A stretch of DNA of 64,000 nucleotides from the NCBI GenBank assembly GCA_013288885.1, contig JABDBA010000010.1, positions 17,435 to 81,434 on the forward strand. The letters are read 5' to 3'. Origin of the DNA: Gammaproteobacteria bacterium (GTDB lineage Bacteria > Pseudomonadota > Gammaproteobacteria > JABDBA01). Made by a program: the position numbers and the translations under genes. The notes below the pieces were generated by a model. The model ran no database searches. It was not told the DNA's origin and was given only the letters and a program-made list of their open reading frames with translations. The stretch's first letter is position 1. Every line of letters starts with the position of its first letter. Below, one piece after another: positions 9,695 through 19,822 of this stretch.

Positions 9695-11521
9695 ATGTTC
9701 AGTAAGAAAATCAATAGATTTTTTACAGAGGGTTCTTCATTTTCTCATGGAATGCAACTGCCAGTTAGAGCTAATCCATCTACGGCTCCTACGCCTCCTC
9801 AGGTTAAACCACCGGAGCTTCCTAAGAACCAGCCCAGCATATTGTGGCCTTATATTAAAGAAGAGGAATGGAAAGCGATAGTAGGGAACATAGTACTTGA
9901 GACAAAAGTACAATGCTTTGAGGAAGAAATTAAGCAAGAAATTGGCGCAGAAAAACTGCAGGCAATCTATGATCAACACCTTTATTTCATGGATGATTTA
10001 TACGAGATGCTTTCGCCAGGGCTGGTGCAAAGAATTAAACAGCACGAACTAGGAACCACTGATGTAATGAGTCGATATGTTGATCTACTACTCGCGGCGG
10101 CAGAAAATGATGACAGAGCACTAGCTAATACTCTCCTATCACAGGAGCTATGGCAAAAGCCAAGACTTGATCCTCGCTCTCGTAGTCGCTATAAAATCAT
10201 TGATGGGAAGGACACTAAAACAGGCTTATCAGTATTGCAGACTGCCTTAAACAAAGGGCATGATGAATTTGTTAAATTACTTTTCCACTTTGGCGTAGGG
10301 AAGCCTCTAAAATTAACAGTAGAGGAGTGGCGAAAATATGAGCGCTTACAAAATGAGAAACCTGAACCAATTACGATTGTTCAACCTGACTCACCTTTAG
10401 TCGATGAAAAAGGTGTGCCGATTGATGCTGCTGAAACAGAATTGCAGGTAGATACAACTGCATCTGCAGTGGTAATGCCCGAAGCAACGCCGCAAGTACT
10501 CTCCGAACAAGTACAAGTACAAGCACCATCCCCAGCAGCGGAAACGAATGCCACAAATGCCAAACTAGCTGTGCAAGAAAGCAAATCAATAGCTCTCGAA
10601 TTAACTGAAGAAAATTTCAGGGCAGCGGCAGAAAATGGAAGACTAGATGATCTTAAAGATTTTTTTGTCAATGACTCAGCGAAAGCCAAAAGTTTTCTTA
10701 ATGGATTAGACCAGCAAGATTGGACGCCTTTAATGTTGGCAGCAAAAAATGGGCACGTTGCTGTAATGAGTTTTTTATTGGATCAAGGTGCAGTGACTTA
10801 TTTAAGAAATGAGAAGGGTGAACTTGCTGTTGATTTGTATAGAGCTAAAGCAGGCGCTACTGCAGATCCAAATTTAGTTGCGAGATTTGAAGATAAAACA
10901 CCCCCTAAGGATGAATTATTAACAGCGCTGAACGATAAATCTCTTGATGAAGTTCAACGATGCGTATCAGCGGTTGAAGATCCCTTTCAACGCAGGGATT
11001 TTATTAATCAACCGTTTTTAGTATCCAAGCCAGGGGAAAAGCCTATTATTATATTGAGTGCATTTCAGAAAGCAGTGTTCGATGGTACTTTAGAGATAGT
11101 CAAATATTTGAATGGACAAGGTGGTGACGTTAATCAAAGAAATCGTTCATCGCACACTTTACTGGCGATAGCTGTAGCAAAAGGGCATGTGGAAGTTGCT
11201 AGATATTTAGTAGTGGAACGTAAAATAGATATAGCTAAAAAAAATAAAGATGGGCTTACTGTTATTGAATTTATGCGGAAACTCCCACAGACTGATGCAC
11301 GGGCGGAAATGCTCAAGTTCCTCGGCGAGCTAGAAATATTAAGTGCACGTTCTAAACAACGCCCAGCATCCCCGAGTCAACCCTCAGCAGCCGTGTTGGG
11401 TGCTAGTATGACAACAGGGATTGGCACTGCTGTTGCTTCTGCAAGAGTTGAAGCGAATTCTGCTGTTGGTGTCGCTACTGCTCCAGTTAGCGGTTCTCCG
11501 CTCCGTCACGTGGTTCCATAG
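9695..11521 (+). CDS. ankyrin-repeat protein (effector-like)
   Basis: 608 aa. ANK units such as DWTPLMLAAKNGHVAVMSFLLDQGA and HTLLAIAVAKGHVEVARYLV. AAGGTG lies upstream of the ATG. Confidence 0.8.
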   Translation: MFSKKINRFFTEGSSFSHGMQLPVRANPSTAPTPPQVKPPELPKNQPSILWPYIKEEEWKAIVGNIVLETKVQCFEEEIKQEIGAEKLQAIYDQHLYFMDDLYEMLSPGLVQRIKQHELGTTDVMSRYVDLLLAAAENDDRALANTLLSQELWQKPRLDPRSRSRYKIIDGKDTKTGLSVLQTALNKGHDEFVKLLFHFGVGKPLKLTVEEWRKYERLQNEKPEPITIVQPDSPLVDEKGVPIDAAETELQVDTTASAVVMPEATPQVLSEQVQVQAPSPAAETNATNAKLAVQESKSIALELTEENFRAAAENGRLDDLKDFFVNDSAKAKSFLNGLDQQDWTPLMLAAKNGHVAVMSFLLDQGAVTYLRNEKGELAVDLYRAKAGATADPNLVARFEDKTPPKDELLTALNDKSLDEVQRCVSAVEDPFQRRDFINQPFLVSKPGEKPIIILSAFQKAVFDGTLEIVKYLNGQGGDVNQRNRSSHTLLAIAVAKGHVEVARYLVVERKIDIAKKNKDGLTVIEFMRKLPQTDARAEMLKFLGELEILSARSKQRPASPSQPSAAVLGASMTTGIGTAVASARVEANSAVGVATAPVSGSPLRHVVP

Positions 11522-11534
11522 TTAATAGGATGGT

Positions 11535-11610
11535 GGTGCCACGTCTGGAATAAGGAATAAGAAATAAGAATAATCTATAACTCCTTATTCCTTATTCCAG
11601 ACGTGGCACC
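11535..11610. repeat. palindromic element (GGTGCCACGTCTGGAATAAGGAATAAG family), copy 1
   Basis: Perfect 27-bp inverted arms at 11535-11561 and 11584-11610 with a 22-bp spacer. Confidence 0.9.
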
Positions 11611-11641
11611 GTCATCACTTAATCAGCCAAGAGGTTTAAAC

Positions 11642-13303
11642 ATGACCCCACATCAAATCCGCACAGAAATATTCAATTGGTTTTTAGAAACCTATCAAGA
11701 CATTGCATTTAGCTTTCGTATGAATTTGGTTGGGCTCAATGATGGCCAAAAAGCACAGCAAATGGGACAGTTTAAACTCCAAGCTACCAATGAATTAAGA
11801 GCACGCTTAAGAGAGGTTTTTCGCCACGATAAAAAACACCAATATCGTGCTTTGCACAACAGCCTTAACACCCTCGCAGATAAACTGGTTAGAATATTCG
11901 AAAATTTTATTGTTGAAACGACCGATGAGAGAATTGAAGAAATTTTTATTGCAATTACAGATCAATCTAACCGCCGACATTATTTTGCCGGTGGAGTTAC
12001 CCCGGTTCTCAAATTATTAGAAAATTTTAACTTAAAAGCATTTGAATTTACAAAAACACTTAAGCTTGGTAATAGTCAGAATGATGAAATAGCACACTCT
12101 TGGAAACAAATAACTGAGAGTGTTGGTGGTAAAAAAGGGAGAATTGAAGAATATTGGACTGCTAGCACCAAAGATACTCTTTCTCTCAGTCTCGGAGCAG
12201 CTATATTTTTATTTTTCTTATTCAATATATTGGCAAATTTAAATTTAAGTAACGATACTAATGCACGAATGTCATTTAATTTCTTGATACATTCCTTGAT
12301 TCTTTTGGGTATCATAACATTAGTGAAATTTGTTCTGTATAATCGCATGCAGCAACCTGCTTTAAGCTCCGAAATGCTGGGTAAATGTCATAGCAACTTA
12401 ACAACTGCAATTGATCAGCATTTTGAGCAGAATGCAGATAAATTTATACCAAGTAAACCTGAACCAAGTCATCAATATACTAAAGGAACTTATTCTCGTT
12501 CCGCAGAAGAAAAACGACCCCCGGTTGCTGAACAAATGCCTCTTGTTCAAAATGAGGCTCAAGCACAACCAACCACTATACTTGCTATATCCGCGCAAAT
12601 GACGTTTGATATTATTTATAATGCTGAATCTAGAAAAATTCCATCACAATCAACAGCTGCAACAACTACTACCCAAGCACAACAGCCAACTTTTCCGAAT
12701 CGTAATCCTCATTACAAGGAGCAGCCGCGTAGAAATACTCAGCAAGCCGATGTAAAACAAACAGTACAAACTGAAGCGGAAGTTTACGAGCAACTAACTA
12801 ACCAAGGAAGCGCCCATGCGAGTTGGTTGGTGCCTTTACCGCCCTTTGGTTGGATTGATACTAAAGCCATACCCCATGCAATAACTCAAGCCGGGTTTTC
12901 AGAGGATAAAGAGCTTAGGCATGCATTTACCAATACAGCGCAGCGCGGGAAAATGCTTCCGGCAGATAGTAAAGGCGAACAAGGAATTAAAAATTATTCT
13001 GACCCAGTCATTCTTTTTGATACTGAAGGTAATGCTCATCTGTATCGACATGAGTTAAAACGTTTAGGGCAATATGGTGATAACCGTATCTTTTGTCGAC
13101 AAGTCATATTAACAAATGGCAAAAAAATATTAATTCCTGATCTTTATAAGGAATCACATGGAGACGCATTTCCTAACGTAGTGATGCCTTACCGGGGATA
13201 TAAAAACTACCAACAAGATTACTTGGCGCCACAAGATGGTGATAGAGCATCTATGTCTGCATCTACACCACGACTTAGGGTAATGGTGCCACGTCTGGAA
13301 TAA
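11642..13303 (+). CDS. hypothetical protein with two central TM helices
   Basis: The track ORF begins at GTG 11603, inside the repeat. ATG at 11642 (MTPHQIRTEIF) with AGAGG upstream is the more plausible start. The last codons VPRLE and the stop lie inside repeat copy 2. Confidence 0.6.
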   Translation: MTPHQIRTEIFNWFLETYQDIAFSFRMNLVGLNDGQKAQQMGQFKLQATNELRARLREVFRHDKKHQYRALHNSLNTLADKLVRIFENFIVETTDERIEEIFIAITDQSNRRHYFAGGVTPVLKLLENFNLKAFEFTKTLKLGNSQNDEIAHSWKQITESVGGKKGRIEEYWTASTKDTLSLSLGAAIFLFFLFNILANLNLSNDTNARMSFNFLIHSLILLGIITLVKFVLYNRMQQPALSSEMLGKCHSNLTTAIDQHFEQNADKFIPSKPEPSHQYTKGTYSRSAEEKRPPVAEQMPLVQNEAQAQPTTILAISAQMTFDIIYNAESRKIPSQSTAATTTTQAQQPTFPNRNPHYKEQPRRNTQQADVKQTVQTEAEVYEQLTNQGSAHASWLVPLPPFGWIDTKAIPHAITQAGFSEDKELRHAFTNTAQRGKMLPADSKGEQGIKNYSDPVILFDTEGNAHLYRHELKRLGQYGDNRIFCRQVILTNGKKILIPDLYKESHGDAFPNVVMPYRGYKNYQQDYLAPQDGDRASMSASTPRLRVMVPRLE

Positions 13304-13353
13304 GGAATAAGAATAATCTATAACTCCTTATTCCTTATTCCAGACGTGGCACC
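13285..13353. repeat. palindromic element (same family), copy 2
   Basis: Perfect 27-bp arms at 13285-13311 and 13327-13353 with a 15-bp spacer. The left arm supplies the stop codon of the upstream CDS. Confidence 0.9.
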
Positions 13354-13364
13354 GTGGTCAGTCG

Positions 13365-13727
13365 TCATTCACCAAAAACTTCGTGCGCTACTTTGATGGC
13401 TTCGACGCAGGGAGGGAAGCCGATGAAACCCACCAGAAAAATAATCACTTCGATGATTTCTTGCTGCGTCCAACCCACATTGAGCATTCCGCGAAGATGG
13501 GCGCGTAAGGGTACGGCAGGGTTACCTTGCGTGATGATGGCGGTCACTGCAACCACTTCACGCGTTTTATCCGAAATACCTTTGCGCGCATAAAGATCAC
13601 CATAACCAAATTCTGCGATGTAATTGGCAAAATCCGGCGAGATTTGTTCAAAATTTTTGATAATTTCTTCTGCGTTAGTGCCTAACACTTCACGCATACG
13701 TTGTAAACCGATTTCACGTTTTGACAT
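13365..13727 (-). CDS. carboxymuconolactone decarboxylase (AhpD-like) family protein
   Basis: Start moved to MSKREIGLQRM (ATG 13727, GGAGGG upstream). Motifs FANYIAEFGYGDLYARKGISDKTREVV and GWTQQEIIEVI are typical of the CMD family. Confidence 0.75.
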   Translation of the reverse strand: MSKREIGLQRMREVLGTNAEEIIKNFEQISPDFANYIAEFGYGDLYARKGISDKTREVVAVTAIITQGNPAVPLRAHLRGMLNVGWTQQEIIEVIIFLVGFIGFPPCVEAIKVAHEVFGE

Positions 13728-13766
13728 AGGTGGTCCCTCCAGGGAGTTGTAGTGTATTTGGGTAAT

Positions 13767-13806
13767 GGCGCCACGTCTGGAATAGGGAATAAAGGATGTG
13801 ACACCG
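13767..13806. repeat. palindromic element (same family), degenerate copy 3
   Basis: GGCGCCACGTCTGGAATAGGGAATAAAGGATGTGACACC: a recognisable left arm and an eroded right arm. Confidence 0.6.
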
Positions 13807-13899
13807 TCATTCAAATATATTTCCTATTCAACAAAAAACATGTAAAATACGCGCGTTGTTTAAGTTTAACCTCTTAATCACTCTAGTAAAAGGATTTTT

Positions 13900-14571
13900 A
13901 TGAAGCTATTTCGATTTATTCTTGCTGCTATTTTTTGTTTATTACCATTCACGGTATATGCTGCTGACGATTCAATCGATAATACCGTCCACAAGGTGGC
14001 GGCCAAAGGCACCGTCGCGCTGACCTTTGATGATGGCCCAACTGCCGAATATACACCACAGATCTTGGCGATTTTAAAAAAATATAATATTAAAGCGACT
14101 TTTTTTATGGTGGGCGATAGTGTGAAGTTATACCCGCAAGTAGCACGTGAGGTGCTGGCCGCTGGTCACGCGATCAATAATCATACTTTGACACACCCTC
14201 TATTAACCAAAATCAGTGATGCGCAGTTATATAAAGAAATCACTGCGCCGCAAAAAATTATTGCTAATGCTACCGGCGTAACTCCGGTTTGCTTACGTTA
14301 TCCTTTTGGAGCATCAAACTCACATGTACGTGCGGCGATTCGTGCACAAGGTATTGTTCCCGTGCCGATGGGTTTTAATTCATTCGATTATGATCGCCCG
14401 GGCGTGGATAAAATTGTAAGCTGGGTTTTAAAAAATGCGTATTCTGGCCAAGTGATTTTATTGCATGATGGTTTTTTCAGTCGCGAACAAACCGTGGCTG
14501 CGTTACCATTAATTATTGAAGGGATTAAGAAAAAAGGTTTAGGCTTTAGCCAAATTTGTGTGAATAATTAA
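13900..14571 (+). CDS. secreted polysaccharide deacetylase (NodB homology domain)
   Basis: Signal peptide MKLFRFILAAIFCLLPFTVYA. Motifs LTFDDGP, NHTLTHP, LRYPFG and ILLHDG. Confidence 0.85.
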   Translation: MKLFRFILAAIFCLLPFTVYAADDSIDNTVHKVAAKGTVALTFDDGPTAEYTPQILAILKKYNIKATFFMVGDSVKLYPQVAREVLAAGHAINNHTLTHPLLTKISDAQLYKEITAPQKIIANATGVTPVCLRYPFGASNSHVRAAIRAQGIVPVPMGFNSFDYDRPGVDKIVSWVLKNAYSGQVILLHDGFFSREQTVAALPLIIEGIKKKGLGFSQICVNN

Positions 14572-14592
14572 ATTATATCTGGAGAATGTATT

Positions 14593-16038
14593 ATGACTAA
14601 ATGCCCCTACATGACAACCGCTGCGGGTGAGCCAATCGCCGATAATCAAAATAGTTTGACGGCAGGCCCGCGTGGCCCAGTGTTGATGTCTGATCATCAA
14701 TTAATGGAACGCATGGCGCATTTCAACCGTGAGCGTGTGCCCGAACGTGTGGTGCACGCCAAAGGTGCGGGCGCGTATGGCACGCTGACGATTACCGGTG
14801 ATATTACAAAATACACCTGCGCGAAATTATTTTCTAAAATAGGTAATAAGTGCGAAGCATTCGTGCGTTTTTCGACCGTGGCGGGTGAGCAGGGGTCGGC
14901 GGATACGGCGCGTGATCCGCGTGGTTTTGCTTGTAAATTTTATACCGAAGAAGGCAATTGGGATCTGGTGGGTAACAACACGCCGGTATTTTTTGTGCGT
15001 GATCCGCTGAAGTTTCAAGATTTTATTCATTCGCAAAAACGTGATCCTAAAACCGGTATGCGTGATAACACCATGCAATGGGATTTTTGGAGTTTGTCGC
15101 CAGAATCATTACATCAAGTTACCACGTTATTTTCTGATCGCGGTATTCCTGCATCGTATCGGCACATGCATGGTTTTTCGTCGCACACCTATAGTTTGTG
15201 GAATAAAAAAGGCGAGCGCTTTTGGGTGAAGTGGCATTTTAAAACAATGCAAGGCATTAAATGTTTGACCGATGCGGAAGCCAGTAAAATTGCCGGTGAA
15301 GATTTAGATTATCATCGTCGTGATTTATTTGCTGCTATCGAGCGCGGTGAACATCCAAAATGGCGTGTGCAAATTCAGATCATGCCAGAAAAAGATGCAG
15401 AAACTTATCGCATCCATCCTTTTGATTTAACCAAAGTTTGGCCGCATAAAGATTACCCGATGATCGATGTGGGGGTGCTGGAATTAAATCGCAATCCGCA
15501 AAATTATTTTGCGGAAGTAGAACAAGCGGCATTTGAACCGGCTAACATGCCACCGGGTATGAGTGCATCGCCCGATAAAATGTTGCAAGCGCGGCTGTTA
15601 TCTTACCCTGATGCGCACCGTTATCGTATTGGTATTAACTACGCGTTGTTGCCGGTGAATAAACCGCATTGCCCGGTAAATACTTATCATCGTGATGGCC
15701 ACATGCGTTTCGATGGTAATGAAGGTGGGCAAGTGAATTATCAACCTAATAGTTTCAATGGCCCGATCGATGATCAACAATTTAGAGAGCCGCCGTTGAA
15801 AATTAACGGCGATGCCGATCGTTATGATCACCGCATCGGCAACGACGACTACATGCAACCGGGCGATCTTTTTCGCTTGATGAGTGTAGATCAAAAAGCG
15901 CAATTAGTAGATAATATCGTGCGTGCGATGAAACCAGTGCCTAAAGCTATTCAACAACGTCAAGTCGGCCACTTCTTTAAGGCTGACCCTGAATACGGGA
16001 AAGGGATCGCTAAAGGACTGGGAATTTCTATTGAATAA
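14593..16038 (+). CDS. katA: monofunctional haem catalase (small-subunit type)
   Basis: 481 aa. [20 protein letters not shown] and typical downstream catalase blocks. GGAGA lies upstream. Confidence 0.93.
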   Translation: MTKCPYMTTAAGEPIADNQNSLTAGPRGPVLMSDHQLMERMAHFNRERVPERVVHAKGAGAYGTLTITGDITKYTCAKLFSKIGNKCEAFVRFSTVAGEQGSADTARDPRGFACKFYTEEGNWDLVGNNTPVFFVRDPLKFQDFIHSQKRDPKTGMRDNTMQWDFWSLSPESLHQVTTLFSDRGIPASYRHMHGFSSHTYSLWNKKGERFWVKWHFKTMQGIKCLTDAEASKIAGEDLDYHRRDLFAAIERGEHPKWRVQIQIMPEKDAETYRIHPFDLTKVWPHKDYPMIDVGVLELNRNPQNYFAEVEQAAFEPANMPPGMSASPDKMLQARLLSYPDAHRYRIGINYALLPVNKPHCPVNTYHRDGHMRFDGNEGGQVNYQPNSFNGPIDDQQFREPPLKINGDADRYDHRIGNDDYMQPGDLFRLMSVDQKAQLVDNIVRAMKPVPKAIQQRQVGHFFKADPEYGKGIAKGLGISIE

Positions 16039-16061
16039 TTATCCATCACAAAGGAGCGTGT

Positions 16062-16247
16062 ATGTCTTTAATTTATATTTTAGTAATACTCATTATCATT
16101 GGCGTGGTGCTAGGGTTGATTAATCAAATCCCGATGGCTGCCCCGATAAAAACCATCATCAATGTTATTGTGGTACTTGCTGTTATTGTCTGGTTATTGC
16201 AGATTTTTGGCATCTTAAACCTACCGCTGAATTTGCATTTAAGGTAG
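16062..16247 (+). CDS. small two-helix membrane protein
   Basis: 61 aa, almost entirely hydrophobic, with AAGGAG upstream. Resembles the short 'Thivi_2564-like' membrane proteins as I recall them (low certainty). Confidence 0.5.
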   Translation: MSLIYILVILIIIGVVLGLINQIPMAAPIKTIINVIVVLAVIVWLLQIFGILNLPLNLHLR

Positions 16248-16282
16248 TTTTTTAAGACCTGCAAAAAATACTTGTAAGTTCT

Positions 16283-16321
16283 CTGAATGTTCCCTATAAT
16301 AAAATATTAGGGAATATTCAG
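16283..16321. promoter_or_regulatory. candidate lexA promoter/operator palindrome
   Basis: CTGAATGTTCCCTA-N11-TAGGGAATATTCAG (one mismatch) encloses a TATAAT box (16295-16300), which lies 17 bp downstream of TTGTAA (16272-16277). The site is immediately upstream of lexA. Confidence 0.45.
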
Positions 16322-16332
16322 GAGCACTTACT

Positions 16333-16932
16333 ATGTTGACCCCCAACCATTACAAAGTCTACGATTTCATCAAGTCTTATATCAAGAGCCAGCACTGCGC
16401 GCCCACGCTACAGGAGATTGCTGAGGGCATAGGGCTGCGGGCGAAGAGCTTAATTAGCCGCTATGTACATGCCCTGGCCCAGGCCGGTCTGCTTGAGTTG
16501 AGCCCCGGTAAGCGGCAAATACGCCTTGTTGAGCAACCTTCTCATGAACCCCAGATCCCCCTTTTAGGCTGTATTGCAGCCGGTAAGCCGATTGAAGCGA
16601 TCGCCGAGGCAGATGCCCCCGATGTTATCGACATGCTGACTACGAGTATGCGTTTTAAGCCTTTTGCCTTAAAGGTCAAAGGCGATTCGATGGTGGATGA
16701 AGGCATCCTCGACGGTGATGTCATTCTGTGCGAACCGGCTAATACCGCCTTTAACGGCGATATCGTGGTCGCCCTCATCGACGATCAAGAAGCCACCCTC
16801 AAGCGTCTTTATCACAGCAAAGGCAGCGTTATGCTAGTACCCGCCAATATCGCCCTAAAACCACAGCGCTATGAAGCACACCGCATTAAAGTGCAAGGCA
16901 TTTTTCGTGGACTGGTGCGGATGAGTAGGTAG
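16333..16932 (+). CDS. lexA: LexA repressor
   Basis: 199 aa. N-terminal winged HTH (PTLQEIAEGIG) and C-terminal S24 peptidase (VKGDSMVDEGILDGD, LKRL). Confidence 0.92.
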   Translation: MLTPNHYKVYDFIKSYIKSQHCAPTLQEIAEGIGLRAKSLISRYVHALAQAGLLELSPGKRQIRLVEQPSHEPQIPLLGCIAAGKPIEAIAEADAPDVIDMLTTSMRFKPFALKVKGDSMVDEGILDGDVILCEPANTAFNGDIVVALIDDQEATLKRLYHSKGSVMLVPANIALKPQRYEAHRIKVQGIFRGLVRMSR

Positions 16933-16999
16933 GGGGCTAGCACTCCTTATTATGGTGTATAATTTGTAAGTAGCATAAAGCTTTAAGGAGGTACGTACT

Positions 17000-18115
17000 A
17001 TGCCACTATCTCCATTTAACAATTCGACGGAATGCTCGCTTGGTATTGAGCTTGAATTACAACTTATCAATCCACGTAATGGTCATCTGATTTCGCGTGC
17101 TAAAGATCTGATTCGCAATATCAGATACGGCGAATATTCGCAGCAAATTAAACCCGAAGTCACTCAGAGTATGATTGAAATTAACTCTGCGGTGCACAAA
17201 GACCCGCATGATTTATTGGCAGAATTATTAAATGTAAAAAGTTTTTTAGTGGCGCTTGCCGATAAACTCGATATAGGAATTGCCGGGGGTGGTACGCATC
17301 CTTTTCAACTATGGAAGAACCGCAAAATATTCCCTGCGCCACGTTATCGGATGTTAGCACGCAAACAAGGATATTTAGCGCGACGCTTTACGGTGTTCGG
17401 GCAACATGTGCATATTGGTTGTAACAGTGCCGATGATGCGATTTATTTATCGCAAACATTAGCGCGCTACATTCCGCAATTTATTGCATTAAGTGCTTCT
17501 TCACCTTTTTATCAGGGGGCAGATACAGCTTTTGATTCTGCACGATCAAACGTGGTAAGTGCTTTCTCAACTTGTGGGCATATGCCATTTTTTCAAAACT
17601 GGCAAGAATATTCGGCGTATTATGACAAATTGTGTGATTTAAAAATTATAGAAAGCATCAAAGATGTTTATTGGGACATTCGCCCTAAATCTGAAACCGG
17701 CACAGTTGAAGTGCGTGTTTTTGATACGCCTTTAACAATAAAAAAAGCAGTGAAGATAGCGGTTTATGTGCAAGCTGTGGCTTGTTATCTTTTGCAGAAA
17801 AGACCGCTAAAACCCATTGCTTACGATGCTATGTTGTATAACTATAATCGTTTTCAAGCCAGCCGTTATGGGTTTGAGGGGAATTTTATTGACCCTTATA
17901 CAGAACAACCTTGTTCAATTGCTGATGATATTGTATCGACTATCACTACTATCTGGCCTTTTACGACAACACTCAACAGCAACGATTTTATGGCGGAGAT
18001 ACAACGCGATGTAGTGGTAAAAGCGAATGATACAAAATGGATCCGCGCTACTTTTCAAGAAACAAAATCATTTAAAGAGCTTGTATTAGGTCAAAGTAAA
18101 TTGTGGATGCGATAA
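17000..18115 (+). CDS. ybdK: carboxylate-amine ligase (YbdK / GCS2 family)
   Basis: 371 aa. LGIELELQLIN, GGGTHPF and FGQHVHIG motifs. AAGGAGG lies upstream. Confidence 0.88.
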   Translation: MPLSPFNNSTECSLGIELELQLINPRNGHLISRAKDLIRNIRYGEYSQQIKPEVTQSMIEINSAVHKDPHDLLAELLNVKSFLVALADKLDIGIAGGGTHPFQLWKNRKIFPAPRYRMLARKQGYLARRFTVFGQHVHIGCNSADDAIYLSQTLARYIPQFIALSASSPFYQGADTAFDSARSNVVSAFSTCGHMPFFQNWQEYSAYYDKLCDLKIIESIKDVYWDIRPKSETGTVEVRVFDTPLTIKKAVKIAVYVQAVACYLLQKRPLKPIAYDAMLYNYNRFQASRYGFEGNFIDPYTEQPCSIADDIVSTITTIWPFTTTLNSNDFMAEIQRDVVVKANDTKWIRATFQETKSFKELVLGQSKLWMR

Positions 18116-18212
18116 CTCTTCGCGTTTGAATCTTAGGCGTTGTTGCTTTCGACCTCTCGCAATGCTCACATATAACCCATATGCTCCGCTTGCTCAGGTC
18201 TCAGCGCCTAGC

Positions 18213-19712
18213 CTAAAATCCAAACGCTTTGAGTTTGGTGGTTGCTGCAGGTGGGGGATATAACACTGCGCGTGCTTGGGCAAGACAAGCTTCGGCATTA
18301 TTACTATTAGAGGGGGTAATCACAGTAATATTTGTATTGGGATTTTGCAGATACTTATATGCGTCAGCTACTGTTTTTTGAAATTCCGCATGTCGTTTGG
18401 CATTTTTAGGTTGACCACTCGATTCAATGAAATGATTAATCGCATCTTGATTGATTGGTTTTCTATCAGGATTATATTCATTAATTTTATTATACTCTTT
18501 TATCATTAGCAGTTCTAAAGCAGCATCGGGCGCTAATCGATCAAATTGTTTTTGTTGCAGTGCTTTTATAAAATTAGGATCCGCATCAATAAAAACATTG
18601 CGCGTAGGGAATGAACCATGTTTTTCTTTATATTGAACCAGTGTCAATAATAACTGTGCTTGTTTATTTACTATTTTTCCTGTGTAATTACAAACGGCAC
18701 TCGTGTTACCTGTGGTTGTCGCTGTTATTAAATCAAGCCAGCTTTGTGCTACGAGTTGACTCATTTTAGCAGGAGTGTTTTTTTCTAAGGCAGTGAAATC
18801 TATTGCCAAAAGTGCATCTTGCGGCGCGGGAATAGTAACTGGTTTAGGTTTGGTAATTGAGTGATTAAAATCACTCACCATTGTTGTTACCATTGCTGGT
18901 GATATGTTATCACTTGGAGTTTTTCTTTTTCTAGGAGTAGGTGGAGCAGTTCTTCCGTCAATAACTTCTTGCAAGCGACTTCGTGGTGTGGTTTTAATTT
19001 CTGCAGGCTTTAGGCTTGTTTGTAATTTTACTTGCGGCTGGCCTTTTGGAAGTAGTTTACGAGGTTGGCTTTTTATTTCAGCAGCAGAGGGCGCAATAGC
19101 TTTTCGAGGGCTTGCCGCAGAATAAGCATCGGTCAATAAGGCGCTATGTGGCCTGGATTTTTCACCACTGGCTTTTTGATGCACAGCACCGCTAGTAGAA
19201 GCCCAATGCCAAGATTCTACAATGAGTGGGTTTGTATTAGCTTCTATCTGAGATAACGTTATACTTTCTAACGGATTAAAGGTTGTTAATGCAGGTAACT
19301 CAAGCGCTAAATTATTTTTTATCCATACACGTAATTGTTCTAACGAAGTTTGTTGAGCAGTTTGAGATTCTTTGGAGTTACAACGTTGATTAATGCTGCT
19401 GAGTAAAGAAAAATAAAACGGTATGATGACAATTTCTAGCAGTTTTGTTTTGAAGGCATCAGTTTGTTTAGATGAAGCACCTGGTTTTACACTGGCTTTT
19501 GCTATCTTATCTATTATACCTAGCTCAGTACGTGCAGCTGTAGCTTTTGATGCTTGTAGAGCGATAATTAGTTGTCCCGCGACACCGAACAATTGCTGAA
19601 TTTCTGGTGTGGCATCTTTGGGGGCAGCAACTAATCCTAATTTAATAGCCTTATCTGTTTGTAGTTTACTCAGTACTTTGGTCAAACTTCCCGTCACTGT
19701 TTCGAAACTCAT
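18213..19712 (-). CDS. hypothetical protein (orphan, effector-like)
   Basis: 499-aa ORF with AGAGGG upstream. Low-complexity basic Pro/Ser/Thr-rich middle region. No domain recognised. Confidence 0.6.
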   Translation of the reverse strand: MSFETVTGSLTKVLSKLQTDKAIKLGLVAAPKDATPEIQQLFGVAGQLIIALQASKATAARTELGIIDKIAKASVKPGASSKQTDAFKTKLLEIVIIPFYFSLLSSINQRCNSKESQTAQQTSLEQLRVWIKNNLALELPALTTFNPLESITLSQIEANTNPLIVESWHWASTSGAVHQKASGEKSRPHSALLTDAYSAASPRKAIAPSAAEIKSQPRKLLPKGQPQVKLQTSLKPAEIKTTPRSRLQEVIDGRTAPPTPRKRKTPSDNISPAMVTTMVSDFNHSITKPKPVTIPAPQDALLAIDFTALEKNTPAKMSQLVAQSWLDLITATTTGNTSAVCNYTGKIVNKQAQLLLTLVQYKEKHGSFPTRNVFIDADPNFIKALQQKQFDRLAPDAALELLMIKEYNKINEYNPDRKPINQDAINHFIESSGQPKNAKRHAEFQKTVADAYKYLQNPNTNITVITPSNSNNAEACLAQARAVLYPPPAATTKLKAFGF

Positions 19713-19822
19713 AGCTAGCCCTCTTCAAAGCGATGCTTTGGATACAAGTGAGATATTACACCCCAATTATACCATGAGGTTAAACCCTTGTTTAATGCAT
19801 CGAAGCAAGATGAGGGTATGAG

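Noticed and set aside
11603-11641. GTG start of the 566-aa ORF inside repeat copy 1.
   Set aside because: That start lies within the right arm of the palindromic element. The ATG at 11642 has a plausible RBS.
13728-13814. N-terminal extension of the CMD-family ORF (track start 13814).
   Set aside because: The extension reads through a degenerate palindromic repeat. An internal ATG at 13727 has a strong GGAGGG RBS and gives the normal family length.
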